Shown in pieces: positions 62,207 to 64,000 of a DNA stretch of 64,000 nucleotides. Position numbers and translations under genes: made by a program. The notes beneath the pieces were generated by a model that made no database searches, was not told the DNA's origin, and was given only the letters and a program-made list of their open reading frames with translations. The stretch comes from Candidatus Woesearchaeota archaeon (GTDB lineage: Archaea > Nanobdellota > Nanobdellia > SCGC-AAA011-G17 > UBA489), in assembly GCA_016845225.1 (NCBI GenBank), contig JAERTB010000010.1, positions 12,294 to 76,293 of the forward strand, given 5' to 3'. Numbering within the stretch: position 1 is the first letter of the stretch; the number at the start of each line of letters is the position of its first letter.

Positions 62207-64000
62207 ATGAAAGTTGACATGCCCGGTAAATATCTTGCTGAAGAAATTGAGAAAAAATGGATGGCTAGATGGGAGAAAGATAAGACGTATAAGTTTGATG
62301 AAACTAATGCAGATAATATTTTTTCTATAGATACGCCTCCGCCTACAGTTTCTGGGAAATTACATTTTGGCCATGCATTTAGTTCAAGTCAACAAGATTT
62401 TATTGCAAGGTATAAACGTATGAAAGGTTTTAATGTTCTTCAACCATTCGGAACAGATGATAATGGTTTGCCTACTCAAACACTTATTCAAAAATTAAAA
62501 AAAGTTTGGGCAAAGGGAATGGAAAGAAAAGATTTTATTGCTCTTTGTCTGGATACTTTAGAGAATGAATTAAGGCCTAGTTATTTACAAGATTGGAAAC
62601 GGCTCGGAATGAGTTGTGATTTCGATGTTAACTATACTACTATTAATGAACACTCAATTAGATTGAGTCAAAAATCATTTATTGAACTTTATGAAATGGG
62701 CAGAGCATATAGACAAGAAGCTCCTGCAACTTGGTGCCCTAAATGTCAAACTGCAATTGCTCAAGTAGAATTAGAAGATAAAGAAGTTCCTTCAATCTTT
62801 AATGATATTGTGTTTATGGTTGGAGATGAGAAATTAACTGTTGCAACCACAAGACCAGAATTGTTACCTGCATGTGTGGCGATATTTTATCATCCAGATG
62901 ATACTAGATATTCTGTATTAGAAGGTAACCTTGCAAGAGTTCCTTTATTTGATTTTGAAGTTCCTATATTGCCTGATGAACGTGCTGATCCTGAAAAAGG
63001 AACAGGAATTGTAATGTGTTGTACATTTGGAGATAGTACTGATGTTGAATGGCAAAAAGCACACAAGTTACCGATTAAGACTGCAATTAACAAAGATGGC
63101 ACAATGTCTTCGTTGGCTGGAAAATATGAGGGTATGAAATTAAAAGAAGCAAGAAATGAGATTATTGAAGATTTGAAAAATGAAAGTTTATTGACTAAAC
63201 AAGAACCCATAACACATTCTGTTAATACTCATGAAAGGTGTGGAACTGAAATTGAATTTGTACATTCTAAACAATGGTTTGTTAGATATTTAGACTTGAA
63301 AGAGGATATGTTAGAATGGGGTAATGAACTTAATTGGTATCCTAAACATATGAAGAACAGATATGATAATTGGGTTAAGGGATTACAATGGGACTGGTGT
63401 ATTTCTAGACAAATCTCTTTTGGAGTTCCGTTTCCAATTTGGTATTGCGGAGATTGTGGAGAAACAATAGTTGCAAGTGTGAAAAATTTACCTGTTTATC
63501 CTTTACATGATAAGGCTCCTGTAGATTGTTGTCCTAATTGTAAAAGTAAAAATTTGAAAGGTGAAAAAGATGTTATTAATACTTGGGCAACTTCTTCATT
63601 AACTCCCACAATTGTTAAAGAATTATTTAAGGGAACAAAAGTTTATAACTATTTGAAAGAAAATCCTATGGATTTGAGAACACAAGGACACGATATTATT
63701 TCTTTTTGGTTATTTAACACTGTTGTAAAAAGCAGACTTCATGAAAAGATGAATCCTTGGAAGGATTGTTTTATCAATGGATGGGTGCTTGATCCAAGAG
63801 GTAGAAAAATGTCTAAATCTAAAGGCAATGTAGTAGAACCTCAAAAAATAATTGAAACTTATTCTGCAGATGCATTAAGAATTATGGCAGGAGGATGTAA
63901 ACTTGGAGATGATTTTCCTTATCAAGAGAAAGATGTTAAAAGTGGACAAAAAACTGTAACTAAATTATGGAATGCAAGTAAATTTGTGTTTATGCACTTA
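62207..64000 (+). CDS. valS: valine--tRNA ligase (partial, runs off window)
   Basis: Manual translation: FSIDTPPPTVSGKLHFGH, VATTRPELL, GTGIVMCCTFGD, WDWCISRQ, KMSKSKGN. Confidence 0.96.
   Translation, partial: MKVDMPGKYLAEEIEKKWMARWEKDKTYKFDETNADNIFSIDTPPPTVSGKLHFGHAFSSSQQDFIARYKRMKGFNVLQPFGTDDNGLPTQTLIQKLKKVWAKGMERKDFIALCLDTLENELRPSYLQDWKRLGMSCDFDVNYTTINEHSIRLSQKSFIELYEMGRAYRQEAPATWCPKCQTAIAQVELEDKEVPSIFNDIVFMVGDEKLTVATTRPELLPACVAIFYHPDDTRYSVLEGNLARVPLFDFEVPILPDERADPEKGTGIVMCCTFGDSTDVEWQKAHKLPIKTAINKDGTMSSLAGKYEGMKLKEARNEIIEDLKNESLLTKQEPITHSVNTHERCGTEIEFVHSKQWFVRYLDLKEDMLEWGNELNWYPKHMKNRYDNWVKGLQWDWCISRQISFGVPFPIWYCGDCGETIVASVKNLPVYPLHDKAPVDCCPNCKSKNLKGEKDVINTWATSSLTPTIVKELFKGTKVYNYLKENPMDLRTQGHDIISFWLFNTVVKSRLHEKMNPWKDCFINGWVLDPRGRKMSKSKGNVVEPQKIIETYSADALRIMAGGCKLGDDFPYQEKDVKSGQKTVTKLWNASKFVFMHL

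Noticed and set aside
1-64000. CRISPR array, rRNA, transposase, integrase or provirus
   Set aside because: No regularly spaced repeats, no long GC-rich structural RNA and no recognisable mobile-element proteins other than the LAGLIDADG gene.

Overview
AT-rich, gene-dense chromosomal segment of a DPANN archaeon, most consistent with Woesearchaeota/Nanoarchaeota. The evidence is archaeal informational genes (radA, RPA, GINS, aIF-2alpha, aEF-1beta, Cbf5/Nop10, eL/eS ribosomal proteins, SRP54/FtsY, Bud32), TATA/BRE promoters and almost no metabolism. The main accessory feature is a large non-archaellar type IV pilus/Tad-like locus (about 2.8-20.9 kb). It has an extended ATPase, a fused platform protein, three paralogous membrane proteins, two coiled-coil proteins, a membrane-anchored J-domain protein, three unannotated mini-pilins and a run of class III signal-peptide proteins, one carrying a toxin-like hydrophobic hairpin. 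Related parts lie elsewhere: a prepilin peptidase, a pilin/lipoprotein cluster and orphan pilins. Other observations: a divergent paralog pair with a shared N-terminal leader and unrelated C-termini; a pore-less voltage-sensor protein; a three-way-junction RNA leader upstream of rps15; a 19-nt motif shared by the radA operon and a free-standing LAGLIDADG gene; a two-intron tRNA-Phe; a mosaic S-layer/NHL/pilin-like surface protein; and several probable pseudo-enzymes. All calls come from motif recognition by eye; no searches were run.
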